From NCBI RefSeq assembly GCF_022045235.1, contig NW_027266286.1, positions 744,001-808,000 on the forward strand: a stretch of DNA of 64,000 nucleotides, in the 5' to 3' direction. Positions 25,956 to 36,980 of the stretch are shown one piece after another (positions within the stretch are counted from its first letter, which is position 1; the number at the start of each line of letters is the position of its first letter). Under the pieces are notes generated by a model. That model was given only the letters and a program-made list of their open reading frames with translations. It searched no databases and was not told the DNA's origin. Made by a program: the position numbers and the translations under genes. The DNA is from Haliotis cracherodii (lineage: Eukaryota).

Positions 25956-27504
25956 CTGGAGGAAGGTGTACTCATGGAAAAGCTGCCAATATAAATTTCC
26001 GATATGTCTAGTTCATTGTGGTTTCATACAGGAAGAACCTGATGGTCAATGTTGTCTTTTGTTCATCATTGTTACTTCAAGAGAAAATAATTTGGTACAC
26101 CGGCCGATCCTGTATTCACCAAGATGCTGTCATGAGATGTACAAGAGAACATTTACCCCAAGTCAGTACGTGGAAAGTCTTATTTTTGTGAATGATTCAC
26201 TGCCATGGTATTTGGAGGAGATAACAGACATTGCAATCTGCACATGATTCAAATCTCCCCTGAGCTTGCTAAACATGCTTGTGTCAATATTCCTGCTTGT
26301 AAGATAAACCACGGAGAATCAATAACTGGCCAAACAGCCACAGCTAACTTCCGATAAGACTTTCGTTGTGGTGTTAGTTTCATTTCGTAATTAATACCCC
26401 CATTTCCTCATGTTCCATTTGTCATCCTAGTTTCCTTGAGACTGATGAAGTAACTGGTAATACTATTTCATGGGACTTATCTGGGATCAAACTGAGAACC
26501 TGACCTGCTTTGTCATAGGAAACTCATTTATAAGACTGTAGACTGAAGTTAGTGGCCGAGTGACTTTGATAGTACAATAGGCTACAGGGAAACGGGAGAA
26601 CAAGGACAACTAATCCTAACCTGTCTCATTATTACAAATCTTCTTTCCTCATTGTTGACGCTCTATATTCATGTGACTGTCTGCCCAATTAATTATGGTA
26701 AGGGATGACATGGTACTGATTGTCTGGGGGCAGTGCCTGTATGTGTCGGTATTCATGTCAGCATAACCCTGTACACAATGGAAGCACAGCTACAGCCACT
26801 TCAATATCCTTTGTTAAAAATCAATGCCACCTTGAAGCCAACGCTGACAATATTTGTTATCATGTTATTCTGGAGCAATGCATAGTTTTATTACCATCAG
26901 TATCAACAGTAATATTGCCTGACTATTTTCTAAACATTAATCTGTCTCTACCTTGACAAATCTCCTGATTTGACTAACTGATGTACTCCGTTGTTTCAAG
27001 TTGTAATAGATAGTCATTAGGGAAGGCTGTTCAAATATAGACAGGAAATTTGAGGATCATGTCGATATTATGGGCTGACTTATATTTTTTCAGACACGAT
27101 TTAAGAGCTTTGGTAGGCAGTTTAAGTGAAGAAGGAAGCTTGTGATAGACAGTTACTCTTACCAAATAGTTTGTCCACTGATTTTATGACAAACATTTCT
27201 CAAGAAATATCTTTGTCCTGGAGATTTTGGCTTGTAGTCAGCATGTTATTTTCTTACATTTAGGGGTTCCAATATATTTTCCAACATTAACAGGCGTTCA
27301 ATTATTTTTATTTTTTTATGTTATTATTATTATAAATAACTATGAATAATGAACTGTATATCATGGTATATGATTATGTTTTGGATAAAAATCCAACACA
27401 CACACTTATTTTGAAGCTTAGCCACATGGGCAGAGAAGGATTGTGTGGTACTTTCATCCTTGTTCTATGAACACCAAATGCCTACTTCAGCCTTAAGCGC
27501 CAAA

Positions 27505-27798
27505 GACCCATGAAGATCCGGGATAGAATAGGTCTTCAGCAACCCATGCTTGCCGTAAAAGGCGACTTTGCTTGTCGTAAAAGGCGACTTTGCTTGTCGT
27601 AAAAGGCGAATAACGGGATCGGGTGGTCAGGCTCGCTGACTTGGTTGATGCATGTCATTGATTCCAATTGCGTGGATCGATGTTCATGATGTCAATCACT
27701 GGATTTTCTGGTCCAGACTCAATCATTTACAGGCCGCCGTCATATAGCTGGAATATTGCTGAATGTGGCGTAAAACAACAAACCAACCAACCAACCAA
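27505..27798 (+). mobile_element. SINE family A, complete copy (5' GACCCRTGAAGATCC head, (CAAM)n tail)
   Basis: Dispersed about 12 times in the window. 14-bp TSD with one mismatch, ccttaagcgccaaa (27491-27504) / ccttatgcgccaaa (27799-27812). Carries three copies of the internal gcttgtcgtaaaaggcgact unit. Confidence 0.88.
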
Positions 27799-27804
27799 CC
27801 TTAT

Positions 27805-28170
27805 GCGCCAAAAGAAATGCGAGCCATGGAAGCATATAGAGAAGTATGTACGTTATGTAGAGATGTTTCCAATGTGTACCAATTAATGACAAAACTAACA
27901 ATCAGTCAAGTGTTACCACAGAGTGTTTTTATGCTTATTATGTTAGGCTGCATGTGATTTCCACACTTTACATGCTGATCTTACACGAGACAAATGGTGC
28001 ATCTTGCATCATGGATCTATGACGTCACATGTGACGCGTTCATGAGCATAGGTTCACACAACGTACCAATATGTTCTTTTGTGCATCGAACCAATCTGCT
28101 ATCTGTTGAATATGAGTAATTCTTCATGTATTAACCAACATGTATTGTATTCATGTTTTAGTCGGTGTGT
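27805..28170 (+). repeat. Dispersed repeat, copy 2
   Basis: See 22480-22797. The pseudo-ORFs MRTAETYREVCTL and MRAMEAYREVCTL in the ORF track reflect this homology. Confidence 0.8.
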
Positions 28171-28774
28171 ATGTATCACCCTAATAACGGAACGACCTGA
28201 TTCCTTGTTACATGATCTGCTATAACCTCATCCTCCATATAACTGGTCTGAAGAATGAAGCAGTGGCAAGTCCTTTGATCATACTACCATGATTTCCTTG
28301 TCAGAAAATAATTAGAGAATGGTATGAGTAGGACTGTCTTCATAATAACTTTACATGACATGATGTCCTTAGCAGAGAATTATTTGTGACTTACGGCTGA
28401 TGTCTGTCGTCAGTGATGCCGTTTCGGTGGACGTTTTGATACCATAATCTGAACCAGATTAATTCCTCTTTTTTGAACATCTCAGTAGCTAATTTGTAAT
28501 TTCCTTGACATAACATGTTATTGATTTTGTTGACAAAAGTATTTCATGAATTTATATGAAATAATGAGATGGACATGTCATTTGACATATTGCAGGTAAT
28601 TTTCCTTCCAGATTCAATGATTCATGCAACTATGTATGAAATATTGATGCTTAGTAAGTTTTTGCTATAAATTTCAGATAGGAATCTAAACTATGCAAGA
28701 AATATTTTTCTAAATGCTTAAATAGTTCTCTTTCTGTAAATCAATATGGTTCTAGTGACATCTGTTTTGCAGAT

Positions 28775-29092
28775 GAACCAAATACATGATGATCTATTGC
28801 AGAGTTAGACAATTCACAGATCCACAGGAACCAAATACATGATGATCTATTGCAGAGTTAGACAATTCACAGATCCACAGGAACCAAATACATGATGATC
28901 TATTGCAGAGTTAGACAATTCACAGATCCACAGAAACCAAATACATGATGATCTAATGCAGAGTTAGACAATTCACAGATCCACAGGAACCAAATACATG
29001 ATGATCTATTGCAGAGTTAGACAATTCACAGATCCACAGGAACCAAATACATGATGATTTAATGCAGAGTTAGACAATACACAGATCCACAA
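28775..29092. repeat. 53-bp tandem repeat, 6 copies
   Basis: gaaccaaatacatgatgatctattgcagagttagacaattcacagatccacag. Confidence 0.95.
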
Positions 29093-29249
29093 GTACCAGT
29101 AAACTCGCATCATGGCCAGTGAATCTAAAATGGAAGTGGGTGACTGTTCAAAAATTGAAAGTTGACTGTTTCATGAAAGTTTTGAATATAGACTGGTGTT
29201 TGCATTTTTTCTCCAGCACTGGTATTAGCTACCTGGTAAAGTTAATTTA

Positions 29250-29735
29250 ACACTGAGAAGATCATCCCAGAGACTTGTGTTAGTCGTAGCACTGAGAAAA
29301 TAATTACTCCCATAGACTAACGTTAGTCATAGCATTGAGAAGATCATTACTCCCACAGACTAACGTTAGTCGTAGCACTGAGAAGATCATCCCACAGACT
29401 TACGTTAGTCTTAGCACTAAGAAGATCATTATTTCCATAGACTAATGTTAGTCGTAGCACTGAGAAGATCATCCCACAGACTTACGTTAGTCTTAGCACT
29501 AAGAGGATCATTATTTCCATAGACTAACGTTAGTCGTAGCACTGAGAAGATCATCCCACAGACTTACGTTAGTCTTAGCTCTAAGAAGATCATTATTTCC
29601 ACAGTTTTGCGTTAGTCGTAGCTCTAAGAAGATCATTATTTCCACAGACTTACGTTAGTCGTAGCTCTAAGAAGATCATTACTCCCACAGACTTGAGTTA
29701 GTCGTAGCACTAAGAAGATCATTACTTCCTCATAT
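29250..29735. repeat. MITE-derived minisatellite, alternating units of about 39 and 43 bp
   Basis: gtcgtagcactaagaagatcatt(actc)ccacagacttacgtta, similar to the interior of the 6757 MITE. Confidence 0.85.
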
Positions 29736-29761
29736 GTAAGATGATCATCATACCTGTAATA

Positions 29762-30329
29762 CTGTAAATTTTTTAAATTAATGCTAGCCTGAATTAAATG
29801 CGAAAAATGCAAGTGTAGTTTGCTTGATTAAACATTACATTTATATCTAATCACTGTTTATTGAGCAGCACTTGTAACAAGTATATAACAATGTCATTCA
29901 AACACTAGAAATTACATAATGGACATCCGGTGAATTGTCTCTGCTCTGAATAAGAGTTCTACTTACTCGTGTCAAACAATACAACAATAATTACTAGAGC
30001 AAGTCCAGACAGATGCTGCCCACGCAACACAGTGTCTTCGTTTTTTGCAACTGCATCAAAGGCCGACACGCCCCAGCGAGCATGGATAGGCTTCATCACA
30101 CCTATCTCCTGATCTAGTCTTTGTCCTTTCGCCTGCCTTAATGCCAGTCAACAGAATAAACACACAAATTATCTGAAAACACTATGTGTTGTTTTTGCAC
30201 AAGTACTCAACTCTGCACTAATAAGCTGTGCCTTTTGATTTGGGGAGTGGCATTCATATTGAGTCGCATTTTTGGCTAGGGGCCAGCTGTCGCATTAATT
30301 AGGAGTTGCATTCGTTTCAAGATCTACAG
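29762..30329. mobile_element. Tc1/mariner-type MITE (about 570 bp)
   Basis: TA|CTGTAAAT...ATCTACAG|TA ends. Subterminal inverted motifs ttaatgc/aaatgcga on the left and tcgcattt/tcgcattaa on the right. Confidence 0.55.
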
Positions 30330-30428
30330 TAATCTGAGCACCGAGTTCACTTTGTGCAACAAGCACCTGGAAAACTTAGATATGTCGACCCCTGATATGA
30401 TGCTAAAACATAAACAACATCTATTGAC

Positions 30429-30805
30429 TAAGGGTGTGAGGTATTACCGGTATATCAGTAAATTGAGGTTAATTCTTTCCACGATACGTATCACAATATC
30501 ACTTTTTCAAGCATGATGTATCGAGTGATTTCAAATTTGGATTTTTATCATGTGTTTAATGTTATGTACTTGCCAGATGCCTTTGCTGCCCAGGAGCAAG
30601 CATCCGGGGCCCCGAGAGTAAACATTGTGTTGTGCCAGCATCTTGTTTTGTTCCATTTATGATCTTCAGTTCACACTTTAATGTATCAGATTGATTCTGA
30701 ATTAAAAATTTAGAATTATCCAGTGTATCGTGATTTGTATCGCAATAAGCCCTTGTGCATTGCAAAGTATTGTGATACACTTTAAACACCCAATACCCAT
30801 CCCTA
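30429..30805. mobile_element. Non-autonomous hAT-type DNA transposon (377 bp)
   Basis: Perfect 8-bp TSD ctattgac at 30421-30428 and 30806-30813. Imperfect TIRs TAAGGGTGTG / TAGGGATGGG. Subterminal CGATAC/GTATCG motifs. Confidence 0.8.
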
Positions 30806-31269
30806 CTATTGACATTGCATCTGCCATGCAGGGAAACATATGCATAGATGCTTTCATCTGACTGTCATGCAGTGAAAACAGGGGTAGGGTTGCAGGGCCG
30901 AGAACAGTGCAGACACTCCACACTAACACCAGCAGATTACCAGGGCCCATGTGCACAAAGCAGTCTTATCTACAGCTACTGCTGACCTGTTTTAAAATTA
31001 TAGTACTTACATTGTTTTGTTCATGTCAGTCCAGTTAAAAAAAGTCATGAAAAGTATTTTTTTAGTTGTGATTTCCAACCAGATTTGATTATCTACGTGA
31101 CCTTTCCTGTCACCTTCTAAGCCAGTCAGTCTTTATTGGGTAGTGAACAGGCCACAACTAGGCCTACAGTACTTGTGATATACCTTTCTAGTCTGTCAGT
31201 CTTTAGTGGGTACGAAACAGTCCACAGCGTGTATTTACACTGTTTCTACTGTTAAATGATGAATTAATT

Positions 31270-31364
31270 CAGGCTACATTCCACAAAGCAATATTAGCAC
31301 TAAGACTGCCTAATGTCTGTGTGGAAATATTGCAATAAAGATCACTTTGTGCAAAGAGGACCTG
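31270..31364. mobile_element. Degenerate copy of the 6757 MITE family
   Basis: caggc..ttccacaaagcaatattagcactaaga...aagatcactttgtgcaaagaggacctg. A further left-end fragment lies at 30941-30970. Confidence 0.55.
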
Positions 31365-31820
31365 GTTTTGTTTCTACCAAGTTGAAATGTTTAACAATGT
31401 TTAATGGTAGCTTAATAGAATGTGAAAGTTAGGATGCATCTCTTGATATAAAGTTCAAAAGTGAAGAATGTATTGAACAAATATTTTGATAAATGTATTG
31501 CATCAATTAACATTAGTTCTAAATTTAGAATCTGTAACCTGATGAACCCCAAATTTTGCGGATGTGGATGGGTGACACAGACCTCATCCTACAGATACAT
31601 GTACCCCGGTAGTAATAATGACATCATGTCTGGTGAAAAGATGTTTTGTTTAAACTGTTGACAGGCCATTTCTAGCACTCCAAGTGAAAGGATGGATTGA
31701 AAAAATCTTGTGTCTGCCAGACTAATTTCATTGCCCATTTCATGGCCGAAGCAACCCTGACTAGTGAAAAACAAACAAGATTGAAACTTTGCTAATTGGC
31801 ATATTTTTTGTTTGTATTAA

Positions 31821-31826
31821 TTTATT
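31821..31826 (-). terminator. Candidate polyadenylation signal of the GT92 gene
   Basis: tttatt on plus = AATAAA on minus, about 330 nt after the stop codon. The region is AT-rich, so a chance match is possible. Confidence 0.3.
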
Positions 31827-32156
31827 TGTTAATTTCAAGAGAAAATTAAGCTGAAATAAATTTGTTTTTTATGCTTTTTTGTAACCTCATGCTTTTTCAA
31901 CTTATTGACCAAGAAAATCCATAAGACAAGAAAATAATAAATAATAGTGTGATATATTATTATGTATGTATCTTTCTTGAAAGTATGTCATGATATTGTA
32001 CAACTCCCATGAATCACTGATATTCAACACCCACTCAAGAAAACAACAAATGGTAAAAGTTAAAATAAGTCTGGTCACTTCTACAACATCAACTTGTGTG
32101 CTTGTAAGATTGATGTAAAATAAGATCAAATACAATAGTACAAACAAAAGAAAGTG

Positions 32157-33677
32157 TTATATGTGCTTCTTTGATTTCATCTTCAGAGGTGTTGGCGTTG
32201 TAATGTTGGCGAGAACTTTTTCAAGGTATGTCATTGATTTATCAAAGTTTGCCTGAAGTTTATCAAAATATTTGAACACAGTCTTGTCCTCGGTGGTCGT
32301 GGTACATTTCATGCCGTAATTAGACACACAGCGCCGGTAGTGATGGAGATAGGCAACATCGGGGTGGCTCTTCACGGGTGTCCAGCGTTCCTCGTTTTGT
32401 TTGCTGATATGGTGGATCCCCACCTCGAACACCCTCCGTGGCATCACCATGACCTTGGTTCGAACATGACTAAACTGCTGTGATCTGACCGTGTGGCCCA
32501 TCGTCAGCAGCCCCGACGGATGGTTGATGCCGTGACTCGGGTCAAAGAAGGCACTAGAGAATGACACCCCGCAATGTTTGTCCCCAATGAGTCCCGGAAT
32601 AAATTCATTCCATGTTTTTGCAGCAGTATGTGGAATTATAAACTCGTCCACGTCGTTGATGGCCATGTGCTTCATGGTGCTCATTGAGCGATACATGCAG
32701 TCGTTATGGGCCAGCAGCTGACCGTGGTACCAGATGGACTTGTCAACAACCTCTTTGGGTAACTTCCAGGGAATGAGCGTCACAAGTTTACGAGAGTGAT
32801 AATGTTTTAGAATTTCGGCCATTTCATTTGTGATAGAATAATTATAAAAATAGAAATGTTCTGCACCTAATAACATTGAGAGTTCTAAGAACTCGACTAG
32901 AATGTCACTCTTGATTTTACCAAACAAAGGTGGTATACAGATACCGTATTCGTATGGTTTTGTAACCATGGCAACAGGGACAATTGGCACCGAGACTAGT
33001 CTCTGGCCTGCTATAGTCTTTATCTTCACAGGGCAGAGAGTACCATTTGTGATGGGACACGAGTAGATATACCCACCAAATTGCTTGTTATGATTTTCAC
33101 ACATTTCGTATGGTTTTGTCGACATTTCAGTGCCGTCCCCAAACACACATGTCATGGTGAATTTGTACCGTCTATCTTTGGCAACTAACATGATGAAACG
33201 AATAAACTTCTGTTTTTTTCGATCATCCAGATATGCAGAATACACATACACACCCCTCTCGAGTTCCCGGAATCTGCCCACTCCAAAGTCGTCTGATTTC
33301 CTCATACAGTTTTTGCCGAGGTCAAGATCCCCGTTGTCATCAACTTTTGGAGGTGTTGTGTTGATGATCAGCTCGCCCTTGACCTTGTCCACCATTTTCT
33401 CAAGGTTAGATATTTCTTTGGCCAAATTTTTCACATTATAGTAATTCCTTACCCATCCCTTTAGACCCTCGACACTGGCATTGAAGACCACATCGGGAAT
33501 TTTCTCTCGTATTGCCGAGGTAGTTGTTTTATCTGGTTCAGTGTCGACAACAGCACTGATTGGTCGATCAACCTGAAGTCGGCTATGGAACAACAGCACC
33601 ATGCAGAGATACACGCCACACAGCAACAGCAAAAAACGTTTGAAAGTCATTGATCGGAAAAAGTGCTTTTTCATCAT
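32157..33677 (-). CDS. Glycosyltransferase family 92 (DUF23) protein, beta-1,4-galactosyltransferase GALT-1-like, type II membrane protein, 506 aa, single coding exon
   Basis: Only long non-repetitive ORF. Short basic N-tail, then a hydrophobic TM segment (FLLLLCGVYLCMVLLF) and a stem. GT92-type motifs follow: VYSAYLDDR, ICIPPLFG, LVEFLELSMLLGAEHFYFY, WYHGQLLAHNDCMYR, DxD motif DVDEFIIP, KVMVMPRRVFEVGIHH, LHHYR. Confidence 0.92.
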   Translation of the reverse strand: MMKKHFFRSMTFKRFLLLLCGVYLCMVLLFHSRLQVDRPISAVVDTEPDKTTTSAIREKIPDVVFNASVEGLKGWVRNYYNVKNLAKEISNLEKMVDKVKGELIINTTPPKVDDNGDLDLGKNCMRKSDDFGVGRFRELERGVYVYSAYLDDRKKQKFIRFIMLVAKDRRYKFTMTCVFGDGTEMSTKPYEMCENHNKQFGGYIYSCPITNGTLCPVKIKTIAGQRLVSVPIVPVAMVTKPYEYGICIPPLFGKIKSDILVEFLELSMLLGAEHFYFYNYSITNEMAEILKHYHSRKLVTLIPWKLPKEVVDKSIWYHGQLLAHNDCMYRSMSTMKHMAINDVDEFIIPHTAAKTWNEFIPGLIGDKHCGVSFSSAFFDPSHGINHPSGLLTMGHTVRSQQFSHVRTKVMVMPRRVFEVGIHHISKQNEERWTPVKSHPDVAYLHHYRRCVSNYGMKCTTTTEDKTVFKYFDKLQANFDKSMTYLEKVLANITTPTPLKMKSKKHI

Positions 33678-33819
33678 GCTTGTGTTTTAATTCAGAGGTT
33701 GAAAACTCAGACCGGTGATTATTAGTTTTGACAAGAAAGTTTCAGTTACATGTGAAAACATGCATTATCTCCCTTTGTTTGTGAATAGCAGCCACACTTG
33801 CCTGCAGGTATGCAGCTAT

Positions 33820-34040
33820 CACTCGTATTGCCCTGTGTACTGCCTCGTGTACTGCCTCCTCGTATCAGCTGTATTGCCCCGTGTACTGCCTCGTGTACTG
33901 CCTCCTCGTATCAGCTGTATTGCCTCGTGTACTGCCTCCTTGTATCAGCTCGTATCACCTCCTCGCATCACCTGTATTGCCTCGTGTACTATCTCGTATC
34001 GGCTCGTATCACCTCCACGTATCACCACATGTATTGCAGT
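33820..34040. repeat. Degenerate short tandem repeat in the inferred GT92 5' UTR
   Basis: tgcctcgtgtac / tgcctcctcgtatcagctgtat units. Confidence 0.8.
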
Positions 34041-34286
34041 TTCTGTGTCTGAGCCAGTTGGGGCTACTTCCTGTTTTAGATATTATGTCCTATGACACAG
34101 CCTCCAGTGAACAGACACGACTAGATCATTCACACACTCAGTCAAGTAGTCACAGTTGACAATAATGTTGTAATTCTTAGAAATTGTTCCCAATCTGAGA
34201 CATTTTGTCCTGTAGTCTTGTAGGGCTCGTTACACCTGGGCCGCGGTCATCCTAACTTGTCATGTTTCTGCCCTGAGTGGTCAAAT

Positions 34287-34310
34287 CTGAAACGGAGAAA
34301 GGGAGATATA
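34287..34310 (-). promoter_or_regulatory. 3' splice site opening the exon that holds the GT92 5' UTR and CDS
   Basis: Minus strand reads tatctccctttctccgtttcag|ATTTGACC: long polypyrimidine tract plus CAG. The exon would start at 34286, 609 nt upstream of the ATG. Confidence 0.65.
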
Positions 34311-34489
34311 TTGATACAATAAAATAAATATCCTAAGCTACTGGTCCACTTTGTCACACACACACATATGTAGGGCCCCTCAGCCATGTAGAAGTCTGTT
34401 TTAGAAGGTCATAACACAGTTGGGATATTTCTTTGGTGATAGTACAGCATAGGTGTGTGGGTGCTTATTCTAGTACAGACAAATGCTGA

Positions 34490-34660
34490 TTTTATAGTGC
34501 TAGCCAACTGAAAAACGATACACTACTCAGAGAGTACACTGACTCTGAGCCGACCAGCCCTTGTTTTATCAATGTACTAATAGCATCTTTTGATGTCTTT
34601 GGTATGATGTTGCCAGGGATCGAAGCACTGCCTGCTGCTCTACGGGCAGAGACCATCTAC
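34490..34660 (-). mobile_element. Degenerate SINE family D (V-SINE-like by recall)
   Basis: tttatagtgctagccaactgaaa...ctgagccgaccagc...gtctttggtatga...gggatcgaa (reverse B box). A related fragment lies at about 5780-5890 (-). Confidence 0.5.
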
Positions 34661-36407
34661 CGGGGCACGGCAGGGCAGGGCCTGGTTCCCCTCATGGGTT
34701 CCTTGTGAATAGTCTATATTTAGTGTCACTCACTCACTCACTCACTCACTCACTCACTCACTCACCCACATAGATGATTTCTTCGTGATTTGTATTTATG
34801 ACCAGCTGTAATACCTTAAAATAATCTATTCTGTATTTTGTTGGTATTTGGATGTAAAATCAATGTGAAAATACTCCCACAGTGACAGTTTTATAAGTTC
34901 CAGGTATAACAGGGCTGACAGAATGGACTCACTATAAGCTATAAAGTCAATTGGAGATATCCCGTGTAAAATATGACATTTTAAGGACAGATGGAGTGAA
35001 AATATGTCTTTATGTGACAGAATAACACACAACAGAGCTGCTCTCCCCTGTTAACAGTAAAAGATGGGACATTGTGGACATATGCCTGTTTTTTGCTCAC
35101 AAGACGTACATGGAAGATTGTAGAAAAGAGATTGGTTACATGTGTGTTTGTATTGCACAAATAAAACAAATCCTTTTGAAGCCTATCACTTCCATCTCAC
35201 GAGAAGTATGTTCTGATAATGAAAACTGTAATTAAGACAAGTATCTATGGCAGCATTCCAAAGATCAAAGATTTCATGGCTTTCATTACTTGTCTGTTTA
35301 AAGATTAACAGAAGAGAGGAAAGATACCAATAATTTGTGGAAACCTTGCAACTTGCTCTCCCTTAGCTGCTGTTGTGACTTCAATACGGGTTTCTGATTA
35401 CAGTCGGAATGCTTTGGGAAGGATATGAAAAACCTGATTCCACTATTGCTCAAAAGATACAAGTCCCTTCGGCACGCCAGAAACCTATGATTGTGGGTTC
35501 AAATCCCGGTTCACCCCGATAATGTTTCTAGGTTTGTCAGCACCATACCAGTGCTAGTGGGTTTCACCGAAGTGGTAAAACATTGCTTCTTTCCGATTCT
35601 ATTTATTTCTACTCAAACTATCAAGTTCAGGTCATGTATATTGGAAGATTTCTGAAACTATGTTTGCTGTAGGGCTGGGCTGGGGAACTCAGAACTCCGG
35701 CCGGGTAGGTACTGAGTAGGACCCGGGTACCCACAGGACTACCCAGACCCGTAGTTACTCACGTGATATATTGTTTAATGACAAAAGTTATAAAGAACTC
35801 TACGTTTAAACTACAAGTCACTAATTTTCACAGTTCTTCCTGACTACTACGCCCATTCCTTCTGACTTTTATATGTTTGAACAAAAATAAAAATTTAGGC
35901 AACTACAGTGTATACTCCAGATCGTTTTATACGTGTATCTGAATACATTTTGCCAGGGCTATGGTCAAACTTTTCCTAATCAGACAGTTTGTACCTTCCT
36001 CTTGAGACCTACAGCGGGTATCCGGGTGTTTGGGTACTTTTTGTTGTTTAACACCGCCATTTTGAACAGTTCAAAAACACACACTCTCCCTTTCCTGAAC
36101 ACTTCCTATGTAAACTTCCTGAATACAGAAATAGTACCAACCAAACAAACTGTGCTCCCAGAAGTATGAATCATATCAGGCTGCGGTTTGTGACAGTGTT
36201 TGAACAGATTGTACTCTAGACTTGTAGCGATGTGGGATCAGCAAACAGCCTCCGCTCACAGGGAAACACGCCCTGTTATGATATATGATGATACTTGTGA
36301 AGGGAGGGTTTGACTCGGAGTGACATCATCACTGTTTAGTGATCACAGGGAGACACAAGTCCATGGCTGATTCAGAGTCCAGGCCGGCAGCTCACAATGT
36401 GTCTCGA

Positions 36408-36980
36408 CAGTCTTCACTCTTTAGTGTTACCCGGGAAGATCCAGGGTAGAATAGGTCTTCAGCAACCCATGCTTGCACTGAAGATCCAGGGTAGAATAGG
36501 TCTTCAGCAACCCATGCTTGCCGTGAAGATCCAGGGTAGAATAGGTCTTCACTCTTTAGTGTTACCCGTGAAGATCCAGGGTAGAATAGGTCTTCAGCAA
36601 CCCATGCTTGCCGTGAAGATCCAGGGTAGAATAGGTCTTCAGCAACCCATGCTTGCCGTGAAGATCCAGGGTAGTATAGGTCTTCAGCAACCCATGCTTG
36701 CCGTGAAGATCCAGGGTAGAATAGGTCTTCAGCAACCCATGCTTGCCGTGAAGATCCAGGGTAGAATAGGTCTTCAGCAACCCATGCTTGCCGTAAAAGC
36801 AACTAAGCTTGTCATTAGAGGCAACTAACGGGATCAGGTGTTCAGACTTGCTGGCTATGTTGATGCATGTCATAGTATCACAATTGCCTGGATCAATGCT
36901 CATGATGACAGTCACTGGATTGTCTGGTCCAAACTTGATTATATACAGTCTGCCGTCATATAGCTGGAATATTGCTGAGT
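36408..36980 (+). repeat. Second tandem array of the 45-bp SINE A head (about 8 copies) followed by the SINE body
   Basis: gtgaagatccagggtagaataggtcttcagcaacccatgcttgcc repeated to about 36800, then the SINE body to gctggaatattgctgagt. Confidence 0.93.

Noticed and set aside
24930-26247. Six-frame open ORFs (SEHCTRN, FRVQCSEY)
   Set aside because: The 14-bp unit has no stop in any frame.
28410-28460. Second hammerhead-like motif on minus (ggt...accgaaacgg)
   Set aside because: No CUGANGA-type core and no cleavage triplet. At best a decayed relic.
33130-33441. 103-aa plus-strand ORF
   Set aside because: Antisense shadow of the GT92 CDS.
35670-36045. Possible hAT-like MITE with cgggtaccc motifs
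   Set aside because: Only a left TIR-like tagggctggg is visible. No right TIR or TSD found.
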